A stretch of DNA of 62,871 bases, counting the filler, from Hausera hauseri (taxonomy: Eukaryota): the NCBI GenBank assembly GCA_046269625.1. It is 10 parts of 10 records of this genome, joined end to end, with 100 filler letters (N's around TTAATTAATTAA, not from the genome) between each part and the next. Parts side by side here need not be neighbours in the genome. Positions count along the whole stretch, not along the records: positions 44,671 to 53,553 come from JBJURY010512127.1; positions 53,654 to 58,214 come from JBJURY010527123.1; positions 58,315 to 62,871 come from JBJURY010528790.1; 7 more parts are not named here. One strand, written 5' to 3'. Below, in pieces: positions 51,770 through 62,871 of the stretch. Position numbers and translations under genes: made by a program. The first letter of the stretch is position 1. The number at the start of each line of letters is the position of its first letter. Below the pieces are notes generated by a model, which did no database searches, had not been told where the DNA came from, and saw only the letters and a list, made by a program, of their open reading frames with translations.

Positions 51770-52890
51770 ATTGCCTTTCATCGCATAATTATTCAAATCA
51801 ACTCATTTCTTCTTTTCCTCAGACGTCTGCTATTACACCTCTTTTATGCTTGCTTTTAACACGTCTGAGGGAATGTAGTCGGATCCAGATACTTTTTCAT
51901 TCTGAAGTTCTCAAATGGCCAAATGTTTCTATTTTTTAACTTTATTTTATATTTTTTGACTGTCTTTTATTTATTTTTTTATACCATTACCTTCCTCTAT
52001 TTGTGGTAAGTCCTCTAATGGTTACCAACCAGACAGACCGTGATTCCTTTCATCCTTCTAAATATTCAGCGCACGCCTTAATTGTGTTTCTATCTGGATC
52101 ATTCATCTCGTATAAATTTCACAAAATATGTTAGTGTGTCGCATGTTGTTTTAAACCACTTTTACTGTTTTTGGGGAATACAGTGGAAAATGATGGTTTT
52201 TCTAAATTTTCTTATAACTCTTGTTTCTATTATCTTTTTATTTCTGGAATCCAGTTGAGTAGACCATTTTAAAATTCTTTGTTCAGTGGAATNNNNNNNN
52301 NNNNNNNNNNNNNNNNNNNNNNNNNNNNNNNNNNNNNNNNNNNNNNNNNNNNNNNNNNNNNNNNNNNNNNNNNNNNNNNNNNNNNNNNNNNNNNNNNNNN
52401 NNNNNNNNNNNNNNNNNNNNTCATGGTTAATTCCTCGAATGTTAGATTTGCAATTTGTCACAGAAAATTTATTACGTTGTTCCGAGCACTTTCTGACAGG
52501 GTGGCAAAGGCGGAGTCGAAATTTTGGAGTTGGCTCAATTCTTGGGTCGCTTGAAGCTAAAACAGATATAAAGGAGTCGAATTCGAATGCTGTATGGCAG
52601 GCTTAACAGCTCTGATTGTTGCAGGCCTGTCTTACTTGGCGTCTATGGTTTCATTCAATGCATTCTCATACGAAACATTTCTTCTTTGTAGAGATCACTT
52701 CAATGAAGCTCAATCTGTTGCCAAATTTTCCAGTTATTTTCTTAATTGAGAAATTCTTGAGAGTTGATTTGTAGACGTCATACTACTACCGTTCTGGTTG
52801 CCTACTGACCTTTCAACTTCCAGCAGTACGAATTCATGGGAGACAATGGCTTTGAATAGCACCAGATGACGTAGTGAAGTTACACAAGGA
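51770..52890 (-). mobile_element. Highly decayed LINE remnants (endonuclease-RT linker region)
   Basis: Minus-strand K.SGSD.IP.D..K-like and K..GLQQS-like fragments with many stops; N gap at 52293-52420. Confidence 0.45.
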
Positions 52891-53250
52891 GTTGCTTTTT
52901 GCGAGAAACACAGAATGATGACTCCCTAGGAAAAGCCAAATGCTCGCAAGAATTGACTTATAGGGCAACAGCCAACATACTTGTCATTTGAATGCTCAAC
53001 CTGTCGGAAGGTTCTGCAAGCCAGGAAAGCCCTGATTAGCAACTCTCGCACTCATCAACCCATCTGTTGCTTCATGCACGAGTTTGCATCGCAAATTGCC
53101 TTTATTTCTCCGAGCAATAGTATGTGTTTCTAATTTTAGGGGTTCGTTCAAATACAGAACGTTTTGCCTTTGCCTTTATTGTGGTTCTTTTATCTACTAA
53201 TTTTATTTATAATTACATTTTGTATTGATTGATTGACCTTTTTCGTCTTG

Positions 53251-53553
53251 TCAGACGGTCTTGAAAGCAGAAAATGCTAGCTGCTGTCCCACTGAACAGC
53301 TTCTTTCATGGCTAAACTTACCAATGTTTGACTTACAGATTTTGCCACAATATGAACAGGCTACACCTGCATTAATTTCTCCTGATTCTTTGCGTCTACA
53401 TCTTTTGTCTTCAAGCTTGTTGAATAATTCAGTATCGAATGTTGTTGTGCCACTGCGTAGCGATGCCCTCCATGTTGAGCGATTTTCTGCAAGCTTTTCC
53501 CAGTTATCAACATCAATGTGAAAGTCCTCCATTGATGATTTACAGACATCTTT
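53251..53553 (-). mobile_element. RTE-clade LINE 3' end (C-terminal Cys/His motif)
   Basis: IDVDNWEKLAENRSTWR..CSYCGKICKSNIGKFSHERSC. Confidence 0.8.
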
Positions 53554-54688
53554 NNNNNNNNNNNNNNNNNNNNNNNNNNNNNNNNNNNNNNNNNNNNTTA
53601 ATTAATTAANNNNNNNNNNNNNNNNNNNNNNNNNNNNNNNNNNNNNNNNNNNNATACATCTCACATATACGTGTAACTATAAAACTTGATTGTTTAAGAC
53701 TTGACTCTATAAGACTTGACTGTAACATGCACGAAGATCCGCCAACGAGTCTCACAGTGTGACAACTTGATTGTAACCGTTTAATATTCTTCATCCATAT
53801 TCTTCAAACAGGTCATACATTATGACAGACGCTTATTTCCCTTCGATCAAGGAAGTTAAGTGACCGGACAGGGCCACCGTGATCTCTAGTTCTTTGTTGA
53901 CGTACCTATATTTTTGTCTGTGTTTTGCTAATTTGTTACTGTATAAGTATCTGTCGTCCCATCTGCAATTTTTTAGTTTCTGTCTGACTGTTTGTTTCCA
54001 TTTTTCTCTTGTCTTTTTCACCTATATTTCTCCCATCGCATTCTCAGAATTTGTTAATGTTATTCAGAAGTATGTACTACGGTAGTTTATGTCAAGGCAT
54101 GATGATTTGTGGTGTTCTTTCACATTGTCGAAACTTCCTGTCCTTGTTTGGTTTGTTGCGTTCTTTCTGCCCAGCTTTACCGTGTAGTTGCTGGTCTGAA
54201 CGTCAGCGTAAGGTCACGATCTCCATTAAAGCTTGTCACGTTCCCAACGAACATTGTACATCTATAGGTAGTTTCGGCTGACGGGAGAAAACCGATCGCC
54301 TCAGCAGAGCTCTTCTACCAAAGGAAATGGCTGGAATCACCACTCACTGATCCTTCCATGCCCCCATTCGCAGATGAGTGAACTAGCATTAACGACCCAA
54401 TCCCTTGCAGCTGCCAAACAGCGGGAAAATTTGGACTTTTAGTGGTGCCCTCGTGTCCTACGTCGTTTGCGCACTCCGGCTCAGCATCATTACTCAGGAA
54501 GTTGATGTGCTATAGCTCAGCAACCTCGAGCGATTGATTAGCTCGTCTCAGTGAGTCTTGATTAGGAGTGTGCTTGCAAATGACTGTAAAGGGGGTAGCT
54601 GAGATTTCCTGCTGTCCCTGAGGATATCTAGTGGGCGGATAGAGGTCCTCCAGATGGGTGCGTAATTCTTTTAGATGCGATCCTTCCC

Positions 54689-54690
<2 letters not shown>

Positions 54691-54760
<70 letters not shown>
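54691..54760. repeat. (GA)n microsatellite
   Basis: About 35 perfect GA units. Confidence 0.97.
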
Positions 54761-54767
<7 letters not shown>

Positions 54768-55149
54768 CAACACTAGTTAACGTGGTTTCGTGTCTTGTGA
54801 GCGAATATTCCACTCAAAAGAACATACACCAATCCCCACAGCTGACATTGCTTGGTCCCATAACCTATCTGGTCATTGGGATGTCTCACGTCGTCAAACT
54901 TGACTGTCTTTCTCCCTAGTTACATATCTTGGGTCAGCCTCTATAATTCTTTCAAAGCCTTTCCTGCCCACTTTTGGATGTTGTCTGCCCATGCCAGTTC
55001 GGGTCTAGCTTTTCTCACTTTTCCAATGAGCGCCGTCTCATTTGAGATGGTATTTGCCAGCCCGTTATCCATACCGTTGTAACGTGGCGTGTTTTCACTT
55101 CTTTTGGCAGGTCTGTCTGTATGTGGTCCTATGTTCTTACTTATTATTT

Positions 55150-55980
55150 TCTAGTTTGTAGTTGGTTAATCAATACCATTGCACATTTGTATTTAAAAAC
55201 ATCAATTGCAATTTGTATGAATGAACGGACAGGCTTCTGGTTTCCCGTTACTGTTGGAGCAAGACGTGACTGCTTACTATCGCCAACACGATTCAACATC
55301 TTCTTCGAAAAAAGCCATGACACTGTAGGATCATATGATCATATAGGAACCATATGCACTGGGGGACGAAACATCACAAATCTCCCATTTGAATACGTCG
55401 TACATGCAAAAGCTAGCAGCAAAGAACTGCAAGAGCTGATTACTAGATTGGATACGACATCTAGAAAATATGGCATGGAGATTAACGCAGACAAGACAAA
55501 GCTGATGACCAATAGTAAGTCAGGATTTAAAAGACACATCCAAGGTAATGGACAAGGTTTGGAGAGACATACCAAACGAGGCAGGAGCAAAACAAAATAT
55601 ACGAACAAAAGCGGCTCAAACAACTGGAATACTGGCTGAACTAAAACCATTCTGGAGAGACAAAAACATCTCAAAGATTAAACTGATCTATGCCTGGTCA
55701 TCTCCACATTCCAATATGCATGTGAAACATGGACATTAACCAGCGAAATAAAAAGTAAAGTACAACAAGTTGAAAAAAGATGCTACAGGGCCATCCTGGC
55801 AATATCAGATACAGGTCGTGTTAGATATGTTGAGTAGGAGATATAATTAATAAGAAAGAACATCAGACCGCATAACGTCCAACCAAAGAACACGAGAACG
55901 CAGAAAGACCAATTAAAGAACAGCAAACCGCATAAAACCAACTGACAACAGTGAAAACAGACAAATTACAACAATGTGCA
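55150..55980 (+). mobile_element. Decayed RTE/RTEX-like LINE RT fragment
   Basis: WFPVTVGARRDCLLSPTRFNIF, GGRNITNL, YGMEINADKTKLM, YACETWTL. Confidence 0.8.
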
Positions 55981-57019
55981 ATATTTTTAATTGCTTTCTG
56001 CGTGGAAGCGAATGTCGGAAGACCAAGAAAACTGAGCGGAAATTAGAACATTTCTAAGCACAATGTCTGACAGGGATCAAAGCGAACATTCTTGCCAAAA
56101 ACATTAAGAAATGCAGACTTGCTAAAAGAAACAGGAATACAGATATTGTCAACAGTGACATGGGAACAATTGTGACGTTGGCTAGGACAAGGAAGACACA
56201 GCACTCCCTGCCGCGGATAGCGTTACAGTGGCCTAAACAGATCAAGAGACAATGAGGAGCACTGTAACATACATTCAGCCATGTAGGTGTCTGACTTGGG
56301 TTACAGCTGAAAGAACAGCCGAGGATCGACATTTGTGGAAATCTGTATCCAATAGCAGGTCCAATAAACGCTAAGGTCCAATAAATATAATTTCAGTATT
56401 GCCTACCAAAAGTATTTCAGCGTCTGGCAAGGCAATAGCGACGTTTCAATGTTGGCGGTTCGATCCCCGGCCTGCAAGTTTCCTTTCTGTCATCTTTTCT
56501 CCCATTGTGCTCTTCTTATTCTTATCTAATTCTTTCATTGTGTTGAGTTCCCCGTTCATAAACATTACTTTCTTTATTTAATGGTACACAAGTGCGATAC
56601 TTCATAAACCGCGAACACACATGAGACAGGTCCAGTCTGTAGTGATGATAATCTATAACAACAGACTTGTTAAGTCTAACACATTCCTTGTGTATAGTAT
56701 TCTCTATTCTCCTTATCGTTTATCACATCCTTCAAAGTCTGTTGCCTGTCCCCTGTCACAGCTCGAATACCTTTCATGGTTTGCCCCTTTATCAATGTTT
56801 GTTCCTCTATCACTGCTTGTCCTCCAACACTGCTTGTCCTCCCCACTAATGTGTCAAAACGGTAATAATAGATAAGAAAAGAATATATCCGTAGCAGTCA
56901 GAAGTCACCAGCTGTAGGTCAACATTTTCAGATATGACAAACTGGCCGGTACAGCCGTTTTACCGGTCAATAAATAGATTGTGTGTATTCGGATTTTCTC
57001 AGATAACCTGGACAGATAT

Positions 57020-58214
57020 AGAAGCGGAACTCCACCAGCAATATCCTTGTGGGCTGCTGCCTGTCCCAAGTCAGGAAAAAGGAGGAGGGTTGGGCATAGG
57101 GTTGGCAGCCCTTTCCGGTAAAACCAACCGCTACAGAAACAGTGGAAAAGGGAAACGAAACTTCTGTAACATTTTTTGAAGGCAACGGGAGCAAAGTAGA
57201 CCAGGAAACTGGACTTACGAAGGATGGAGATCAAAGCCGAAAGGACGTCTCCAACCCGAATATGGAACTTCTAAAGCCAAAAACACAAACCAAAATTGGG
57301 TGCTGGAATGTACGCACTCTATATCAGACTGGGAAACTGGCACAAACTATAAAAGAAATGAATCGCTATAAACTAGATTTTCTTGGGATAACAGAGGCCC
57401 GCTGGACTGGCACCGGGAAACAGAAAGTGGACACAGGAGAAACTATTATCTGGTCAGGCAGAGAAGATAACAACCATCAAGAGGGAGTAGCCTTAATTAT
57501 CAGTAAGAAAAATGACAAAATGCTAAAGGAATGGAAACCAGTCAATGAACGTTTATTGTATGCAAGAATGAACTCTAGATATGCCAAGTTGTCAATAGTA
57601 ATAGGATATGCACCCATAGAAGATGCAGAAGAAGAACAGAAGGACACTTTCTACAACGCTCTACAAGCAACTCTGGAGAAAATACCAAAACATGATGTAC
57701 TTCTTCTGATGGGGGATTTTAATGCAAGAGTTGGCAATAAAAATGAAGGCAGAGAGAGAACTATGGGAAGACATGGCCTGGGTGACAAGAATGACAATGG
57801 AGAGAGACTTATTAGTTTTTGTGAAGAGAATAATCTCGTTATTGGAGGCACCCTATTCGCTCATAAGGACATCCACAAATGGACATGGACATCACCAGAT
57901 GGCAGAACCCAGAGCCAGATCGACCATGTCATGATTAATGGCAAATGGAGACACTCCCTACAGAATGTACGAGTGATGCGAGCAGCGGACGTTGGCAGTG
58001 ATCACAATCTACTAGTGACAAAGCTATCCTTGAAATTAAGAGCTAACAAAATAGGAGTGAAAAGAAATCAGCGCCTGGATGTCCTCAGATTAACAGATCC
58101 AAAGATAAAAGAGGTTTTCAACACAGCCCTCAGGAATCGATTTAGTGTGCTACAGGATGAAACAGCAATGTCAATAGACAACTTCAACCAGATAATGAGA
58201 GAAACAGGAGAGGA
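57020..58214 (+). mobile_element. 5' end of an RTE/RTEX LINE: 5' UTR plus intact APE endonuclease ORF (57142-58214, truncated by the contig end)
   Basis: IGCWNVRTL, LGITEARW, EGVALI, YAP, MGDFNARVG, NGERL, WTSPDGRTQSQIDH, GSDHNL. The UTR carries an RTE-like GGAGGAGGGTTGGGC..CCC..GTAAAA motif. Confidence 0.92.
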
Positions 58215-58314
58215 NNNNNNNNNNNNNNNNNNNNNNNNNNNNNNNNNNNNNNNNNNNNTTAATTAATTAANNNNNNNNNNNNNNNNNNNNNNNNNNNNNN
58301 NNNNNNNNNNNNNN

Positions 58315-58867
58315 TCGCTTCGTGCGACATTTAACCAAGTTAGGACGCTCCGACCCATACTCGTTGCCGAGTCGGCTGCTCCAGAGGTTTTATGAGGACG
58401 GGGAAAATCGGCGTTGTTTCGACTCGTCGGTTTTCCTGCCAGTCTTCTTGAGACTCATGTCGGCAGCCGACCAGCTCTATGAGTCGTTGGCTCCTTCGGC
58501 GAGTGGACTAATACCTAACAGCCGGACCAACAACAAATCTCGGGAAAGAACTGCGAGTTCCAGTTCAGGCGAGGGTCCCGGGCAGCCGAACCTACACCGT
58601 CTGCGGCGAATCAGACGTGACCTAACATCTACCGATTCGGGTTCAGACGAAGTTCCGATCCACACGCAGCGAAGTGCCCAGACTAACCCAACCCATTCCT
58701 CCACCGAGGATTCGTACGCTTCGGCGGACGATCTACGAGAATTGAATAAAAATTATTCTCATTGTTTGTTCGTTTCATCTGTGTTATTTTCAATCGTTTT
58801 ATCCTACTGGTGTTACGTGTTTGTACGTTTTTTGCCAAAGTGTTCCATTAGCAAAGGGAACACTACA
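58315..58867 (+). repeat. 3' part of an LTR nested into the RT of the adjacent Gypsy element
   Basis: AATAAA at 58745; ends ..GAACACTACA exactly where the minus-strand RT (FTRMMNKMVMGQ) is cut off. Confidence 0.55.
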
Positions 58868-60025
58868 TTGCCCCATTACCATTTTGTTCATCATCCTTGT
58901 AAAAATGGCTGGTCTGGTAGTAATACTGAATGGCATAACTATAAATTCATACACGCTATCGTGCGTTTTAAATGCTGTTTTATAACGGTCTTCGTCCTCA
59001 ATTTCTACTTACCAATATCCAGATTGTAAATCCAGAGTGGTAAACCATTTTCCTCCCGAGTTTGTCTAGAGCTGCTTTTACTAGCGGTAATGTTAAGGGA
59101 TCCTTCATCATAAGATTATTCAGTGCTCTATAATCAATACAAAAGCGATGTTTTGTAGTCCCTTTCTTTTTAACTATGAGGATTGACGAGTACAAAAATT
59201 TATAGCTTGGCTCAATTATGTCGGCTTTAAGCACTTGTTCAACCTCTTTTGTTATCTCGGGTCTGAGTGAATGAGGTGGAGGATACTATTTTGGCATTTT
59301 CTGATCTTCAAGATCTATCTCTTCATTTGAACCGGACTTTTTCTTAATTAGGATAGTCAATTTCCAAGCGTTTGCTCTACCAATATCTCTGTCGTCTTTA
59401 GCAATAGTGTATTTATAATTGCATAATAATTCATCGAATCGACAGTAAGATTCGAGTGAAAACTTAGTTTCAACATGATGTGGAAATTCTGTGTATTTGT
59501 AAGGCTTTTCTTCAATAGTTATGGACAACATTCTATAATTATTTCCTAGGGTCGCATAAGCATGAAGCATGATAGGGTTGGAACTTTATTCGCTATCCTG
59601 ATCGGCACACGACCTGAGTGTACTCTTGTCAATATATTATTGAGTATTATATTCGGATTCAATGCTTCCTTGGGTTCGAAATATACTGTTTGTTCATCAT
59701 CTTGTCGGATTTGAGCGTAAATTATTACATATGTTCTCGGTGCAATGTTTTCATCTACTGGGATCCACAATTCTCCAAATTTCCTATCTTTAGCAGTTTT
59801 TACGTCTTTATTTGGCCTAATCTCTATTAATTTTCCTGCTTGCAAGTCGATTGCTATATTTGGTAGTCTTTTCAGAAGGTCGCAGTCTAAAACTACGTCA
59901 TCAGTTAATTGTTTCATAACTGTAAATCTTAATAAATGCAATCTTTTTAATTTGTCATCTGAACGGATTAAAATATTATGATGCAGCTTTGCAATTTTGA
60001 AATGTATTTTTCCTTTCCCTTAAAG
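58868..60025 (-). mobile_element. Decayed Gypsy pol fragment (protease-RT junction and RT N-terminus)
   Basis: VVLDCDLL, IIEPS...SSILIVKKK..RFCIDYRALN, LQSGYW*VEI..DRYKTAF, YEFIVMPF. Confidence 0.85.
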
Positions 60026-60030
60026 GTTGC

Positions 60031-61074
60031 TGTGGTTTGATGCATATAATGATTGACGAAATAAAATGACAAAGGATTGTAAAACGAAAAATCAAATTCA
60101 AAATGGCCAATAGAGAATTAAAAATAAAGTTGCAAAACTGTTTATTATTAAAACAAATTTTTTGTTACCATAAATTTTATTAAATATTAAGCACCAATAA
60201 ACAAAAGAAACGCTAAAAGATTTTTCGTTTCGGATGTCTTATGCAAACCAATAGGTAAAAATTTCACAAAAATTAATTAACAAAAGAATCGGACAAAGAA
60301 CCCTGCGAAATGACAAACACGAATTCTGCACTTTTTAGATTAGATACATAAGAAACATCGGATTCGAATTAATTCATGCAAGTCCTGAAACCGACAATAC
60401 ATCATCATTCACAATAAAATATATTGACTTTTGAAATAGTTCATTGGAACTTCTAACACATTCCGCAATTAACGCAGTAGGAAAATTTGTGTATATATAG
60501 AGATGCAATAAACAATAAAAAGTTATATAAAATAATGCATATGTATATATATATGTACAGAAAAAGTAACAAATTTGAAACAGAGACAGTGATAGAGATA
60601 AGTCAATGGAGATAAAGTAACTCATTCGACATCGTTTTAAAAGAGACAAAAACATCTTGAAATGCACTTTGTGATAGATTAACAAAAGAACTCATGCTGC
60701 CATAAATAAACCGAAATTAGAAATCATCAATCTGACGAAATATTTTCAATGCTCGATTCAATTTGTAAGTGGCCAAGATCTCATTTGCAGTAGTGATTCG
60801 TCGAACCATGACGACTTCATTTTTGAATGTCTGGATCTTGCTGAAGGTATCAAATGTTTGAGATTGATACCACATTCGGGGACAATATTTGTTTTACTTG
60901 CTGACCATGCATTGTCCAAGCGTGACAGATTGACAGCGGATTGGATAATTACCTGTGTTGAAAAGAATCTTGGAGGAAAATATAGCTCGACTATAAGCCT
61001 GACGCGGCCGCGGCGGACGCCCGGCCGTGTCCAATCAAATGGGCCAAAGGGCTCTGACCGCTGCGGGCACCACA
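60031..61074 (-). repeat. Probable LTR related to the LTR that starts at 36359
   Basis: Minus strand starts TGTGGTGCCC.. and shares GCCCT.TGGCCCATT.G.TTGGACACGGCCGGG with 36359-36290. The left boundary is tentative. Confidence 0.55.
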
Positions 61075-61393
61075 GTCACAGGTGTAGTTGCGAGGGAGGG
61101 TTTCATTGACAGTAATCGGATTCGCTTATTTTTCATTCGGGAAAATTTTCGTTTTTTGTTTAAATGGATCAAAAAAATTTTTATTTACGGACAGTTTTAA
61201 AAAGGGCACTTTTTCAATTTTTGTCAAAACAGTTCACTTGGCACATTTTTATCGTTTAATCAAAAATACAATAATTTTAATTTTTCAACTGTATTTCAAT
61301 TTTTTTATGGAATTGTTTATTACAATAAAATCTCCCTTTATCAGAGATGTTGCAGTAAGTTTGGCGCTAACGACTTTTCGTGGGGGTAGGTTA

Positions 61394-62353
61394 ATGCACC
61401 AGCAAATTAAGGTTTCGAATCCTGTTCTTGAATCCTTGTTTTATGAAAGGAACGAGTCGATTTGGTGCAGATCCATAGAAGCAAAACCAATACTGCCGGC
61501 ATACGACGGAGACACGAACTGACTAAACGAATTTCTAAGAACTTATAATTTGCATTCAGAAGATACCGTACTCGCATCTAAGGTAATGATTAAACGCATT
61601 AAACTAACAGAAAAGAACCGAAAAGAAAACAAGGATGTCGCTGTACGACCTTATAACAAAGAAGAAGCCCAAAACGGATGTGAAAGAACCCCAATAGGCG
61701 AGACGCTGCTAAATGAAGTAAATGTCCTCAGAAAGGACAATGTTCCGGAGGAGAAAAACCCCGTATTGACCGAAAGAACCGCTGAACTTGGTCAAATAGT
61801 ATAACTGCCTAAAATTATCATTAGTGCAGAATACTACAGTAGAGGCAAAATCGAAGAAGCCCTATTTTATGCCTCTGTAGTTCCTAGGAGTATTGTTACA
61901 AAAATGCATACGCACGAGATTTCAATAGAAAATTGGAAGTAAGAGACTGACCGTTTTCGTAAACACAGTACAAAAAGACGGGCGTACCAGAATTAGATAA
62001 GGACAAACTAGTAGAGTGGAGATTACTCTCCGTGTTCAAATACCCCGGAAAAAGTTCAGTCGGTCCGAAACAAAAGAGTTATTTGGATACTTATACCAAG
62101 ACAAGAAAGAAATGGTGTTCGAAGGAATCTAATAGACAAAGGGATAGACCTGGATGCTAATGAAACGGAAGGATGCCTCGTATGCGACGTCAACTTTTAT
62201 CAAGGATATGTAGTTCTAGACAACGAGTGATGCACTCACCGATATTGTCTAGAAAACTGGACATTGGAAAATGGAAAAACGATATGCCTTGTGTGTCGAG
62301 TTAAAGCCGCAGGGTTAAAATACCAAATAAGCAAAGTACCAGATATCAAATAG
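61394..62353 (+). pseudogene. Decayed ORF ending in a RING-finger-like motif
   Basis: 62174-62298 reads CLVC-x14-CTHRYCLEN W..-CLVCR. Stops occur upstream and within; AATAAA follows at ~62474. Confidence 0.55.
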
Positions 62354-62871
62354 AGACTACGAATTTCAAAATCGAAGTGTGGCTCAATTGGGAACGATTG
62401 TTAATGACTATATTATCCGCCGTGAAACCTGATATTTTGTACGACATTTTTTGTGGTTTGTTATTTGTTACTGAATAAAATTTTTACCATAAAATTTATA
62501 CAGTCTCTCTCCGTCCCTTAAGGAGAATTTTCATATGCAGTATCTGCAAAATAAATCGAAGACACAAATCGACTGAAACAGAACGTCAATCCGTTACTGT
62601 TTATTATTGTTATAGTTTGGATGTTGATTAGGGCCCACCGAAATATAACAAAACTATATCTAAAATATCTAACAGAAGCCGCAAAAGGCTTGGGAAAGTT
62701 TAGGAGAATATTCTGATAAAATATTCTCAGATTTGGTTTATTTATTACTTAAGTATAAAGTTGCTAAAAAAGTGCATTGAATAGTTAGTAAAATACACAT
62801 CCGTTTCTTTTGTTTATTATAAAAATTTTTGGGAAAATATATGATATTGTACGAAAATTTTCACATCAGGG

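Noticed and set aside
54330-54510. Possible HDV-like ribozyme or LINE 5' UTR structure
   Set aside because: I could not assign the nested double-pseudoknot pairings by eye.
56410-56480. B-box GGTTCGATCCCC (tRNA or SINE head)
   Set aside because: No cloverleaf or clear A box; at best a decayed SINE.
58322-59029. 235-aa plus-strand ORF
   Set aside because: It runs across an LTR end into antisense RT sequence, so it is chimeric; no motif recognised.

Overview
This is eukaryotic, AT-rich, repeat-dominated sequence and not one contiguous locus. It is ten short contigs joined by nine identical artificial 100-nt linkers (44 N + TTAATTAATTAA + 44 N) at 7630, 19325, 23901, 28803, 34118, 40131, 44571, 53554 and 58215, so adjacency across linkers means nothing. 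Main contents: (1) a Ty3/Gypsy element with both LTRs, PBS, PPT and a GTAAT target duplication, plus several other Gypsy pieces. (2) Four decayed pieces of Polinton/Maverick (adintovirus-like) endogenous virus: two large protein-primed PolB segments, a PolB C-terminus beside an AGTAGT terminus, and a penton / small basic protein / major capsid / adenain-protease cassette. (3) A 6.3-kb degenerate (CAG/GCT)n array with higher-order units. (4) A DDX47/RRP3-like helicase gene with 41-46-nt introns and one in-frame TGA, and an IMMP1L-like last exon. (5) A hATm transposase pseudogene, RTE-type LINE fragments, and an intact 3-exon non-RD Ser/Thr kinase. The least explained signals are: a contig whose two ends are an identical 77-mer (circle or tandem unit) and which carries two diverged copies of a ~270-nt putative structured RNA with covarying stems; an array of ~120-nt nested-palindrome modules with a fixed 13-nt core spacer; a tandem pair of unknown paralogous ORFs showing synonymous-biased divergence next to the viral capsid cassette; and long LTR-like segments that appear to carry their own ORFs. 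The contigs probably come from more than one organism. All homology calls are from recognising motifs by eye; no searches were run.
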